Shown in pieces: positions 39,702 through 49,531 of a DNA stretch of 64,000 bases. The notes below the pieces were generated by a model. It was given only the letters and a program-made list of their open reading frames with translations, searched no databases and was not told the DNA's origin. Origin of the DNA: an uncultured Chloroflexia bacterium (GTDB taxonomy: Bacteria; Chloroflexota; Limnocylindria; Limnocylindrales; CSP1-4). The DNA is taken from NCBI GenBank assembly GCA_963833225.1, contig CAWHXD010000008.1, forward strand, positions 96,001 through 160,000, in the 5' to 3' direction. The first letter of the stretch is position 1, and the number at the start of each line of letters is the position of its first letter. A program made the translations under genes and the position numbers.

Positions 39702-40691
39702 ATGAGCCTCATCGAGCGCAGCCCAGCGCTGCAATCCGTCCTGCCCGTCATCGAAGCGTCGCGACACGTCCGCACCCATCCCGAGGAGATCGCTCGGGTG
39801 GCCGCGTGGATGGCCTACGAGGAGTTCTCGCTGCCCGGCGATATGTTCGCGTTCCCGATGGGCGACGATCCCGACCATCTCCTCGACGTGATCATGCTGT
39901 CGTCGACCCTCGACTTCGCGTTCACGGACTTCTCGACGTCGGTCAAGTTCGAGACCAGCTACCGGGGCGCCACCTGGAGCGACTCGGACGCGATGTTCGC
40001 CTGCCTCCACCGGGCCATCGAGGGCGGGATCCCGATGATGTCCGGAGCGTGGCAGGCCAGCTGCACGCGCGCCGATCTCGAGCGGATCTTCGCGGGCAAC
40101 ATCGAGATGCCCATGCTCGACGAGCGGGTGACGATCCTCAACGAGACCGGGGCGATCCTCGTCGACCGGTTCGAGGGTCGCTGGGCGGCATGGGCACGCA
40201 CCTGCGACCGGGCGCTGTACGCCGATGGCAACGGGATGCTCGAGCGCCTGGAGGCGGACTTCCCCCGGTTCCGGGACGTGTCCCGCTACGACGACGCCGA
40301 TGTCCGGATCCTCAAGCTGGCCCAGCTCGCGCTGTGGTCGCTGCACGCGACCTGGTCCACGCACGGCCTCGAGGGCTTCCCCGATCTCGACCGCATGAGC
40401 GCGTTCGCCGACTACATCGTCCCGGTGGGCTTGCGCCTGATGGGGATCACGTCCTACACGCCCGCCCTCGAGACCCGCATCAACCGCGGCGACCTCATCC
40501 CGCGCGACAGCGAGGAGGAGATCGAGATCCGGGCCCACACGCTGTATGCCACCGCGTTGCTGACCGAGGCCTGCAACGCGCTTCGCCCGGCGGACCGGCA
40601 GCTCGTGATCCCCCAGATCGACTACCGCTTCTGGAAGCCGTTCCACACGACCCACTGGCCGCATCACCTGACACGGACGGTCATGTACTAG
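39702..40691 (+). CDS. Queuosine salvage family protein (DUF2419/QNG1-like nucleotide N-glycosylase)
   Basis: [49 protein letters not shown] at the C-terminus. Confidence 0.82.
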   Translation: MSLIERSPALQSVLPVIEASRHVRTHPEEIARVAAWMAYEEFSLPGDMFAFPMGDDPDHLLDVIMLSSTLDFAFTDFSTSVKFETSYRGATWSDSDAMFACLHRAIEGGIPMMSGAWQASCTRADLERIFAGNIEMPMLDERVTILNETGAILVDRFEGRWAAWARTCDRALYADGNGMLERLEADFPRFRDVSRYDDADVRILKLAQLALWSLHATWSTHGLEGFPDLDRMSAFADYIVPVGLRLMGITSYTPALETRINRGDLIPRDSEEEIEIRAHTLYATALLTEACNALRPADRQLVIPQIDYRFWKPFHTTHWPHHLTRTVMY

Positions 40692-40693
40692 GC

Positions 40694-42025
40694 ATGGCGG
40701 GTCCCCTGGGTTCGTTCCGGTTCCTGCTGGCACACCCCGGCGGCCTCGCCCAGTCGGTCTTCGGCCTGCTGGGCCGGGCGCCGGGGGCGATGCTGTCCGT
40801 GGGCTTCGTGGCCGCCGCCTCGTCCGCGGGCGGTGATGCCGGCTACGCGCTCGGCGGCCTGGCGGCCGGGAGCTACTCCCTCGCCAGCGCGGTCGCGGGT
40901 CCCACCCTCGGCCGCCTGGCCGACCTGCACGGACAGCGCCGGATCGGGGTGCCGTTCGCGCTGGTCTCCGCGACGGCCGCCCTCGCCGCGGTCGCCTCGC
41001 TGCTGACCCTGGGTGCCTCGTGGCTGCTCGTCCCCCTGGCCGCCCTGGCCGGTGGCTCCCAGCCAAACGTCGGGGCGTTTGCGCGGGTGCGCTGGGCGGC
41101 GCTCCTTCACGATCGAGACCGCGCCACCAGTGCCCAGGCCCTCGAATCGATCATCGACGAGCTCACCTTCCTGATCGGCCCGCCGGTCGTGGCCCTGCTG
41201 GCCGGGGTCTGGTTCGACGGCCTGCCGATCGCCCTGGCGGCCGCGCTGCTGCTGATGGGGATGGGCGGCATCACGTCCAGGCTGGGGTTGCCGGCGCCGG
41301 CGCCGCACCCGGTGGCCTCGGGCACCTCGCGCTGGCGGACGGAGTTCCCCGCCGGGCGCGGCCTGCTCGTCTCGGTGCTCCTGATGGGCGGCGTGCTGGG
41401 AGCCATCCAGGTCCTCCAGCTCGCCTACTGCCGGTTCATCGGCCTCGCGGAAGGCGCCGCGCTCGTGTTCTTCGTCAACTCCGGGCTCTCGCTCGTCGGC
41501 GCGCTGGTGGTCGGGTCCATCGCCTGGCGAACGCCGGGGAGGCGCCGGTTCACGATCGCGCTGGTCGTGTACGCGGTGGCGGTCCTGCCGTCTGCCGTCG
41601 TCACGGGCTACCTCCCGTTCGTGCTGGCCTCGGCGCTTGCCGGCGTCGCGATCGCCCCGACGTTCGTCCAGGTCAACGCCGTGATCGCCGAGGAGACGCC
41701 GGCCCGGGTCCGGACCGCGGCCTTCGCCCTCGTCGCGTCGGCCGCGGGGCTGGGGATCGCGCTGGGCGCGGCGCTGGCCGGCTGGGTCATCAGCCAGGCG
41801 GGTGGCGACCAGGCCCGGCTGATCCTGGTGCCCCTCGCCGCCATGACGGCCGTCGCGGGGATCGTCGCCGACGCGGTGCACCGGACGCACCGGATCGATG
41901 AGCCGCCGACGCCGCTCGAGCCCGAGCTCGAGGCGCCGATGGTGCCCGCCCCCGCTCCCCCGCCGTTCCCGCCGGGCTCGCACGGACGTGACCAGGCGCC
42001 GGGGCCCTCAGGCGATCCGCGTTAG
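40694..42025 (+). CDS. MFS transporter
   Basis: About 12 [26 protein letters not shown]; starts 2 bp after the salvage gene. Confidence 0.88.
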   Translation: MAGPLGSFRFLLAHPGGLAQSVFGLLGRAPGAMLSVGFVAAASSAGGDAGYALGGLAAGSYSLASAVAGPTLGRLADLHGQRRIGVPFALVSATAALAAVASLLTLGASWLLVPLAALAGGSQPNVGAFARVRWAALLHDRDRATSAQALESIIDELTFLIGPPVVALLAGVWFDGLPIALAAALLLMGMGGITSRLGLPAPAPHPVASGTSRWRTEFPAGRGLLVSVLLMGGVLGAIQVLQLAYCRFIGLAEGAALVFFVNSGLSLVGALVVGSIAWRTPGRRRFTIALVVYAVAVLPSAVVTGYLPFVLASALAGVAIAPTFVQVNAVIAEETPARVRTAAFALVASAAGLGIALGAALAGWVISQAGGDQARLILVPLAAMTAVAGIVADAVHRTHRIDEPPTPLEPELEAPMVPAPAPPPFPPGSHGRDQAPGPSGDPR

Positions 42026-43251
42026 GGCGATCTCCAGGCGCTGGTACCCCCGGAACTGGAACATCGGGCTGCGGATCGCCGGCGGCAGGATCACCAGCTC
42101 ATCCTCCGACGAGGCCAGCTCGCGCAGGGTCGTCTCCATCTCCATCCGCGCCAGCGGGGCCCCGATGCAGAAGTGGATCCCGCCGCCGAACGCGAGGTGC
42201 GAGGTGTCCGCCCGCGTGACGTCGAACCGGTCCGGGTCCGGGAAGCGCCTGGGATCCCGGTTCGCGGCGCCCAGCACGAGTGCCAGGCGGGAGCCACGCG
42301 GGAGCGGCACCCCGTCGATCTCGACGCCGTCATCGAGCACCCAGCGCTCGAACCACTGGAGCGGCGGGTCGAAGCGGAGGATCTCCTCGATGGCCGCCCT
42401 GATCTCCACCTCGCCCCGGCGGATTCGCCGCCACTGGTCGGGATGCGCGGCCAGCGCGGCGACGCCGTTGGAGGTCGCGTTGACCGTGGCCTCGTGCCCG
42501 GCCATGAGCAGGACCATCGCGGTTGACACGACCTGGTCGTCGGTGAGCCGCTCCCCATCCACCGTGGCCTCGAGGAGGGCGCTCATCATGTCCTCGGCCG
42601 GGTGCCGCCGACGATGGGCCACGACATCGAGCAGGTATCGCCGGAAGTCGCCGGCCGCCCGGTTGGCGGCCGCCTGCTGCGCTTCCGATGGATGCGGCTC
42701 GTACATGGTGATCGTCGCGTCCGACAGCTCCTTGATGGTCTCCCGATCGTCGGGCGACACCCCGATCAGGTCGCAGATGATCCCCAGCGAGAAGTGCTGG
42801 GCATAGGCACCCACGAGCTCCACCGACCCGGCCTCGCGTGCGGGCGTCAGCAGTGCGTGCGGCCCGGGTAGTCGATGCCGCTGCGCAGGGCCTCCACGGC
42901 GCGCGGCGTGAACGCCTCCAGCACCAGCCGTCGCAGTCGCGTGTGGACCGGCGGCTCGAGGTTGAGCAGCTCCCACCGCTCAAACGCCTGGTAGTCCGTC
43001 CAGCGGGGGTCGCGCCAGGTCGGGATACCCGGTGGCAGGTCCAGCTCCTCGGGCGTGTAGCGGTGCAGGAACGAGGAGCCCAGCCGCTTGTCCCGGAACG
43101 CCGCGTGCACGTCCGCATGGCGGGTGAGGTAGTGGAGATGGTCGCCGGGTTGCGTGAACACCGCCCCCGGTGACTCCCTCGCGATCGCGTACGCGGGATA
43201 CGGGTCCGCGACGAACGCGGGGTCAGCGGGGTCGAGGACGAGGCCGGTCAC
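42008..43251 (-). pseudogene. Cytochrome P450 with one frameshift near 42860 (possibly sequencing indel)
   Basis: DPYPAY, EPPVHTRLR, AGHEAT, EEILRFDPP, heme motif FGGGIHFCIG. Confidence 0.88.
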
Positions 43252-44021
43252 CCGGCGTCACGCTCGATGAGCACCCGCAGCGCCGCGACGGCCGTGTCGA
43301 TCAGTGGATCGAGGGTGAACTGCTCCATCGACGCGGCGACCTCCTCGTCGGACATCGCCGGGTTGCCAACGCAGACCATGAGGCCCCCGGCCCGCACGCG
43401 CAGGACCGACGCCACGATGAAGATCGCCGCAGCTTCCATCTCGGAGCTGATCGCCCCGCCCGCGATGAACGCCTGCCACCGCTCGGCCAGCTCCGCCGCC
43501 ACGGGCATCCGCTCCGGCTCCAGCTCGCCGTAGAACGAGTCCTTTGACTGCGACACGCCTTCGCGCGCGAGCGCCCCCGTGCGGCGGGCGGCCTCGCGGA
43601 GGGCAAGGACGACATCCACGTCCGCGAGGGCGGGAAACGCCAAGGGCAGGTAGTGGGACGACGTGCCCTCGTCCCGGATGGCGGCCGTGACGATCGCCAG
43701 CTCGCCGGTTTGCATCCCGGGCTGCATTCCGCCCGACGTCCCCACCCGGATGAAGGTGTCGGCCCCGCAACGGACGAGCTCCTCGACCGCGATCGCGGCC
43801 GATGGGCAGCCAATCCCCGTGGACGTGACGGACACCGGAACGCCATCGAGCGAACCCGTCCACGTCTCGTACTCGCGGTTCCGCGCCACCAGCCGCGGCT
43901 CGTCGAAGCGGGCGGCGATCCGCTCACAGCGGCCCGGGTCGCCGGGGAGCAGCACATATCGGCCCACGTCGCCCCGGCGGAGCGCGACGTGATGCTGGAC
44001 ATCCTGGTCGAGCGCGCTCAC
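43248..44021 (-). CDS. Uridine-phosphorylase-like nucleoside phosphorylase, paralogue B
   Basis: LLPGDPGR, TGIGCPS, RVGTSG, KDSFYGEL, SEMEAA. Confidence 0.88.
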   Translation of the reverse strand: MSALDQDVQHHVALRRGDVGRYVLLPGDPGRCERIAARFDEPRLVARNREYETWTGSLDGVPVSVTSTGIGCPSAAIAVEELVRCGADTFIRVGTSGGMQPGMQTGELAIVTAAIRDEGTSSHYLPLAFPALADVDVVLALREAARRTGALAREGVSQSKDSFYGELEPERMPVAAELAERWQAFIAGGAISSEMEAAAIFIVASVLRVRAGGLMVCVGNPAMSDEEVAASMEQFTLDPLIDTAVAALRVLIERDAG

Positions 44022-44028
44022 GCCGGGC

Positions 44029-44814
44029 TCACGCCTTGGAGCCCGCCCGGTCAGCCGCGATCAGCCGTCGCAGCCCGGCGATGGCCACGTCGATCACGCG
44101 GTCCACCGAGCCGTTGGCGATGTCCTCCTCGGTTGGCGGGACATGATCAAGGTTCTGGAAGATCAGCATCACCCCGCCGGCCCGGACGCGGAGCGTGGAC
44201 GCGACGATGAACAGGGTTGCGGACTCCATCTCGGAGCAGATCGCCCCGCCGGCCATCCACGCGTCCCAACGGCGGGCCAGCTCCGCGGCGATCGGCATCC
44301 GCTCGGGCTCGTGCTGGCCGTAGAAGGAGTCCTTGGACTGGGCGACACCGAGGTGGAACGGGATCCCCGCATCCCGGGAGCCCTGTCGCAGGGCCACTGT
44401 GACGTCGACGTCGGCAACCGCGGGAAATGCCAGGGGCAGGTAGTGCGACGACGTGCCCTCATCCCGGATCGCGCCGGTGATCACGCCCACGTCCCCCGTC
44501 CGGATGTGGCGCTGCATGGCGCCCGACGTGCCGACCCGGATGAACGTGTCCGCGCCGGCCCCGACGAGCTCCTCCACGGCGATCGCCGTGGACGGGCAGC
44601 CGATGCCGGTCGAGGTGCACGCGACGGGCACGCCGTCGAGCGTCCCGGTCCAGGTCACGTACTCGCGGTTCTGGGCCACGAACGTCGGCGAGTCGAAGCG
44701 CGAGGCGATCTTCTCGACGCGCCCGGGATCCCCGGGCAGCAGGACGTAGCGGCCGACATCGCCGGGCCGGAGCCCGATGTGGTGGAAGTGGCCATCGGGC
44801 TCGGTGACGGGCAT
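44029..44814 (-). CDS. udp: Uridine phosphorylase-like enzyme, paralogue A
   Basis: LLPGDPGRV, STGIGCPS, KDSFYGQH, SEMESA. Confidence 0.88.
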   Translation of the reverse strand: MPVTEPDGHFHHIGLRPGDVGRYVLLPGDPGRVEKIASRFDSPTFVAQNREYVTWTGTLDGVPVACTSTGIGCPSTAIAVEELVGAGADTFIRVGTSGAMQRHIRTGDVGVITGAIRDEGTSSHYLPLAFPAVADVDVTVALRQGSRDAGIPFHLGVAQSKDSFYGQHEPERMPIAAELARRWDAWMAGGAICSEMESATLFIVASTLRVRAGGVMLIFQNLDHVPPTEEDIANGSVDRVIDVAIAGLRRLIAADRAGSKA

Positions 44815-44823
44815 CGGATACCT

Positions 44824-45717
44824 CTAGGAACGGGCGATCGCGACCAGCGCGATGGCGACGACGCCGATGAACATGGTCGCGGCCACGAGGAAGATCGTGA
44901 CCGTCAACCAGACCGGCAGGATGATCACGGGCGTGTTGCCCGCACTCCAGAACAGCAATCCGGCAGCGGTGCCGACGACGCCGACAACGATCCCGGCGAT
45001 GGCCACGACGAAGTCGACCCGCCCGAACGAGATCTGGCGATACGAGGTCTTCTTGCCGGTGGACCCGAACGCCCGGGACTCGAGGCTGATCGCCAGCTGC
45101 TGCACCCGTTCGAAGGCGCCCGCGAACACTGGCACGAATGACGGGATCAGGGATCCGAAGCCGGTGCTCTTCATGCCCCGGGAGCGCTGCGCCGAGAGCA
45201 CCACCTGGACCTCGCGCTGGAGCACGGGGATCAGCTGGAGGGTCATCGCCAGCATGAAGTTGAGGACATACGGCATCCGCAGCCGGGCGAAGGCCGAGAA
45301 CAGGTCTGAGGGGTGCGTGGTCATCAGCACCGCGATCGCCACGATCTCCATGGACAACACCCGCGCGACGAGCGACAGCCCGTGCGAGATTCCCTCCTGG
45401 TAGAGGGTGAACGGGCCGAGCTGGACGGCCGGCGTGCAGTTGTTGGAACAGATCGCCGGGGCGATCGCCTGGATCACCAGCATCGATGCGGTGACCGGCG
45501 CGAACACGAGCAGGACCCGGGCCACGCCCTTGAGAATCCCGGCGCTCGCCGCCATCACGAGGCCGATGATCGCGATCGCGAACAGCGGCCAGGGGTTGTA
45601 GCTGGCGAAGGCGAAGAACATGATCGCGACAAGCCAGGTGAGCTTCGCGATCGGGCTCAGGCGGTGCAGCCACGACGTCCCGCGGACGTGCGTGACCGAC
45701 ATGTTCATCGTTTGCAT
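44824..45717 (-). CDS. ecfT: ECF transporter T component
   Basis: SWLHRLSPIAKL, AQRSRG, LESRAF. Confidence 0.92.
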   Translation of the reverse strand: MQTMNMSVTHVRGTSWLHRLSPIAKLTWLVAIMFFAFASYNPWPLFAIAIIGLVMAASAGILKGVARVLLVFAPVTASMLVIQAIAPAICSNNCTPAVQLGPFTLYQEGISHGLSLVARVLSMEIVAIAVLMTTHPSDLFSAFARLRMPYVLNFMLAMTLQLIPVLQREVQVVLSAQRSRGMKSTGFGSLIPSFVPVFAGAFERVQQLAISLESRAFGSTGKKTSYRQISFGRVDFVVAIAGIVVGVVGTAAGLLFWSAGNTPVIILPVWLTVTIFLVAATMFIGVVAIALVAIARS

Positions 45718-45721
45718 GGCG

Positions 45722-46606
45722 TCATCCCTCCCCGGCCGCTGCGGATGCGCCGCCCCGGAGATCGTTGACCAGCTCCTCCACCGACAGCGCCGCCGGCCGC
45801 CCCGCCCGCGAGGGGATCCGGAGCGAGAGCTGCGTGATCTGGGGAGGGGCCAGGTGGGTCTGGTCCATCATCGCCTTGTCCGCGAACACCTCCCGCGGCG
45901 TTCCATCCGCGATCAGCTTCGCGTTCCACATGACGATCAGCCGCTCCGCGACATCCGCGAGCAGGGGCATGTCATGGGAAACGCACAGGACGGTGTCCCC
46001 GCGCTCGCCGAGGCGGCGGATGAGCTTGTTGATCACGCCCGTGGTCCGGTGATCCTGACCCGTCGTGGGCTCATCAAGGATGAACACCTTGGGTCGCATC
46101 GTGAAGATCGACGCGATGCCCACCAGCTTGCGCAGCGGGAAGCTGATCCGGTACGGGTGGAGCTGGAGGACGTCCTGGAGCTTGAAGAACTCGACGGCCT
46201 CGGTCACCCGCTCGGCGAGCTCCGCCTCGGGCACCCCGAGGTTCCGCGGCCCGAACTTGAGCTCATCCTCGACCGTCGTGGCGAACAGCTGGTGGTTGGG
46301 GTTCTGGAACACGTACCCCACGTGCGCCGCCATCTTCTGGACCGGGTTGTCGGCGGTGTTCATCCCGTTGACCACGATGGTCCCGCTGGAGGGCTTGAGC
46401 AGCCCGTTGAGCAACTTGGTGAGCGTCGTCTTGCCCGAGCCGTTCTGGCCAACGATGCCCACGACCTGCCCGGCAGGCACTGTGAGCGAGACGCCATCCA
46501 GCGCCAGGACCGCGCCGCGGCTGTAGACGTAGCTGACGTTGTCGACCATCACAATCGGCTGGCCGTCGGCGGGCGTGACACCCGGCGCGCCGCCGTTCGC
46601 GGTCAT
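45722..46606 (-). CDS. ecfA2: ECF ATPase A'
   Basis: GQNGSGKTT, VFQNPNHQLF, LDEPTTGQD; degenerate signature ISFPLRK. Confidence 0.9.
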   Translation of the reverse strand: MTANGGAPGVTPADGQPIVMVDNVSYVYSRGAVLALDGVSLTVPAGQVVGIVGQNGSGKTTLTKLLNGLLKPSSGTIVVNGMNTADNPVQKMAAHVGYVFQNPNHQLFATTVEDELKFGPRNLGVPEAELAERVTEAVEFFKLQDVLQLHPYRISFPLRKLVGIASIFTMRPKVFILDEPTTGQDHRTTGVINKLIRRLGERGDTVLCVSHDMPLLADVAERLIVMWNAKLIADGTPREVFADKAMMDQTHLAPPQITQLSLRIPSRAGRPAALSVEELVNDLRGGASAAAGEG

Positions 46607-47451
46607 GCGCGGGCCCCCAGCCACGCGACCGCGGCATCCGTGGTGACGGGGAGGTCCGTCGCCGCTGGGCCCGCCAGGGAGCGAGCCATCTCGGTGACCT
46701 GCGGCACGCGGAGCCCCAGCTCGGTGATCCGCTCGACCTGCGAGAACACCTCGGCCGGCGACCCCTGGAGCGCGATCCTTCCCTCGTCGAGGACGATGAT
46801 CCGGTCCGCGTACTGGGCGAGCACCTCCACCTCGTGCTCCGCCACGATCACGGTCAGACCCTCCTCGCGGTTGAGGCGGCGGGCGATCTCGAAGACCTCC
46901 TCCTTGCCCAGGGGATCGAGATTCGACGTCGGCTCGTCCATGAACAGCACGGTCGGGCGCATGACCAGGGTCGCGGCGATCGCGAGCCGCTGCTGCTGGC
47001 CGCCGGAGAGCCCCATCGGGCTTCGCTCGTCATAGCCGGTCAGGCCCACGAGCTCCAGCGCTGCCGCGATCCGCGGCACCATCTCGGCATAGGGCACGCC
47101 CAGGTTCTCGAGGCCCAGCGCCACCTCTTCGGCGACGGTGATCTGGCTCATCTGGAACTCGGGATTGTCGAACACCATCCCGATGATCCGGCCCATCTCG
47201 CGGACAGGCTCCACCGTCGGATCGTGCTCACCCACCTTCACCGTGCCAGTCTGCTCGCCCATCAGCATGTGCGGGATGATCCCGTTCAGGCACAGGCCAA
47301 GCGTGGTCTTGCCGGCCCCGTTGAGACCGATCAGACCGACATAGTCACCGCGCCGGATGTCCAGGTTGATGTCCGCGAGCGCAGGTCGTGTCCCTTGCGC
47401 GTAGGTGAACCCCAGCTCACGGATGGAGATGAAGGCGCCGTCGTCCGCCAC
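46603..47451 (-). CDS. ecfA1: ECF ATPase A
   Basis: GLNGAGKTT, LSGGQQQR, MDEPTSNLDP. Confidence 0.9.
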   Translation of the reverse strand: MADDGAFISIRELGFTYAQGTRPALADINLDIRRGDYVGLIGLNGAGKTTLGLCLNGIIPHMLMGEQTGTVKVGEHDPTVEPVREMGRIIGMVFDNPEFQMSQITVAEEVALGLENLGVPYAEMVPRIAAALELVGLTGYDERSPMGLSGGQQQRLAIAATLVMRPTVLFMDEPTSNLDPLGKEEVFEIARRLNREEGLTVIVAEHEVEVLAQYADRIIVLDEGRIALQGSPAEVFSQVERITELGLRVPQVTEMARSLAGPAATDLPVTTDAAVAWLGARA

Positions 47452-47542
47452 ATGGTCCTCGTGCTGTCGAGTGGAAACCCCCCGGAAACGATCGCCCCCG
47501 CCGGCCAATGGCGTGGCGGGGGCGAGATGCGAGATGCTGGCG

Positions 47543-47773
47543 TCAGTCCTTGATGACGAAGGACATGATGCCGGCGAGGATGACGAAGACGCCCATCAGC
47601 ACCATCATCCCCGCGAGCGTGGGGGCGGGTCCAAGCTCGCCCTGGGCCGCCGGGAGCGAGTCCACGACGGCGGGGAGGGCGATCAGCATGACGCCGAGGC
47701 CGACGATCCCGGACGCGAGACCCGCTCGCGGACCGACAGTCCGACCTTCGCTCTGGTTCTGGTTCTCGGTCAT
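47543..47773 (-). CDS. Small two-TM membrane protein in the ECF operon
   Basis: Two hydrophobic helices; GAGGAG-like SD upstream. Confidence 0.7.
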   Translation of the reverse strand: MTENQNQSEGRTVGPRAGLASGIVGLGVMLIALPAVVDSLPAAQGELGPAPTLAGMMVLMGVFVILAGIMSFVIKD

Positions 47774-47803
47774 GGTATTTGGTCTCCTCTCGCTCTCGTG
47801 GGC

Positions 47804-48499
47804 TCAGGCCGGCGTCGGAGCGAGGATGAGCATGTAGATCAACATGAGCGCCACGCCGATCACGACCCCGATCACAGCGGTCATCACGCCCCTCATGCCC
47901 GTTTGGGTTGGGAGCTTGATCCCCATGACCAGGTTCGATGGCAGGGCGTTGATGATCGCCAGCGCCACGTAGCCCGCGATGATCTTGTCGGCGAGCGACA
48001 CGATGATGTTGGACGCGAACACCGAGGTGATCAGGTCCTGGCCGGCCTGCGCGAAGGCGGCGGTCAGCGCATCGGACGAGTGGCCGGTGGCCCCGCCGAA
48101 CACGAAGATCACGATCGGGGCGGCGGCTGCGGTCACCGCCAGCGACACGATGATGTTGAGGATGAAGAAGGTGACGTTGTTCCGGCCCATGCCCCACGAG
48201 CGGACACCGTAGCCCCAGACGAGCGCGCCCGCCACGTTGGCCAGCGCGAACGGGATGCCGATGGGGCCGTTGATCAGCGAGCCGCCCACGTTGGTGATGA
48301 CACCGACGAGCGCGCCCCACCATGGGCCGAGCACGATGGCCGCGACGCAGGTCCCGATCATGTCCAGGAAGATCGGGAGCTTGAGCGCGGTGTTGATCGT
48401 CGAGCCGACGATGTTGAGCGCTGCCGCCGCCGGCACGAGCGCGACGACGAGTGTCAGCGGTATGCGGTTTGCTGACCTCGCGACAGATGCCGCTGTCAT
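47804..48499 (-). CDS. ECF transporter substrate-specific S component (resembles the QrtT type)
   Basis: LKLPIFLDMIGTCVAAIVLGPWWGALVG..N, FGGATG, LADK. Confidence 0.85.
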   Translation of the reverse strand: MTAASVARSANRIPLTLVVALVPAAAALNIVGSTINTALKLPIFLDMIGTCVAAIVLGPWWGALVGVITNVGGSLINGPIGIPFALANVAGALVWGYGVRSWGMGRNNVTFFILNIIVSLAVTAAAAPIVIFVFGGATGHSSDALTAAFAQAGQDLITSVFASNIIVSLADKIIAGYVALAIINALPSNLVMGIKLPTQTGMRGVMTAVIGVVIGVALMLIYMLILAPTPA

Positions 48500-48726
48500 G
48501 GTTCCCTCGAACCTCCCTCGTACCCCTGGCCTCCCGTCTCCCTTGGACGGGATGGGCCTCCTCCACGGTGTCTGCCAGGCGCTGCCGCGGGATCTATATC
48601 CCGCCGCTCCTGGCACCGCCGGATGGGCTATCCGGCTCCGGGCCCGGGTGCGACGTCGGTTCTCCCAACGGCAACTCCTGCTTGCCGTGGCGGCAACTCT
48701 AGTCCATCCATGCCACCAGTCGTCAA
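48500..48726 (-). promoter_or_regulatory. Promoter and multi-hairpin 5' leader of the ECF operon
   Basis: Minus-strand TTGACG (48726-48721), 19 bp, TAGAGT (48701-48696); five stem-loops before the ATG. Confidence 0.45.
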
Positions 48727-48814
48727 GCATTTTGCGCACACCCCCTCGGGGTCCGGGTCGGCTGGGGTAGCATCGCGGCCGTCGGCGAGCGAGATCAGGG
48801 GCATCGGAGGGCAT

Positions 48815-49531
48815 ATGGCGGCAGCACGCACCGGAATGGTCCTTGTTCCCGCCGGCCCGTTCCTGATGGGGTCGGACGAATTCGCGAGGGAGGGGCCGCC
48901 GCGTCGCGTCAACGTGCCCGCCTTCTGGATCGACCGGTTCCCGGTGACCAACGATGACTACGTCGCCTTCGTCGCCGCGACTGGCCATCGTCCGCCCGTC
49001 GACTGGGCGGACGGCCGGCCGCGCGAGGGGTTCGGACGCCACCCGGTGATGGTCACCTGGGCCGATGCCGACGCCTACGCGCGTTGGGCCGGCAAGCGGC
49101 TTCCCACCGAAGCGGAGTGGGAGAAGGCGGCCCGCGGCACGGACGGGCGCCGGTACCCGTGGGGTGACACGTGGGATGGCACCCGCGCCCTGACCTGGGA
49201 GACGGTCGCGCCCACCGGCATGCGAACGGAGCCCGTGGATGCCCGCCCGTCCGGGGCCAGCCCGTACGGCGCCGAGCAGATGGTGGGGCTCCTCGAGGAG
49301 TGGTGCGCAGACTGGTACGACGCCTATCCGGGATCGCCATACCGCTCCCTCGGCTACGGGGAGCGGTTCAAGGTCCTTCGGGGTGGGGCCTGGATCTTCA
49401 CGCAGACGCATGCCCGGTGCGCCTATCGCTGCTTCGAGCTGCCCAGTCGCCCGCCCGAGGAGATGGAGGTCCTCGGAGCCCCGACCTTTCGGTGTGTCGT
49501 GGACGTGGATGCCGCGGAGACGCCGGCATGA
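48815..49531 (+). CDS. FGE/SUMF1-fold (FGE-sulfatase domain) protein 1
   Basis: VPAGPFLMGS, HPVMVTWADA..YA.W, RLPTEAEWEKAARG, RGGAW, FRC; no signal peptide. Confidence 0.9.
   Translation: MAAARTGMVLVPAGPFLMGSDEFAREGPPRRVNVPAFWIDRFPVTNDDYVAFVAATGHRPPVDWADGRPREGFGRHPVMVTWADADAYARWAGKRLPTEAEWEKAARGTDGRRYPWGDTWDGTRALTWETVAPTGMRTEPVDARPSGASPYGAEQMVGLLEEWCADWYDAYPGSPYRSLGYGERFKVLRGGAWIFTQTHARCAYRCFELPSRPPEEMEVLGAPTFRCVVDVDAAETPA

Noticed and set aside
39545-40693. 826-aa ORF suggesting a long N-terminal fusion to the MFS
   Set aside because: The upstream part overlaps the salvage gene in another frame; the real start is ATG 40694.
48500-48560. preQ1 riboswitch
   Set aside because: No A-rich 3' tail or recognisable preQ1 consensus; kept only as an unidentified structured leader.
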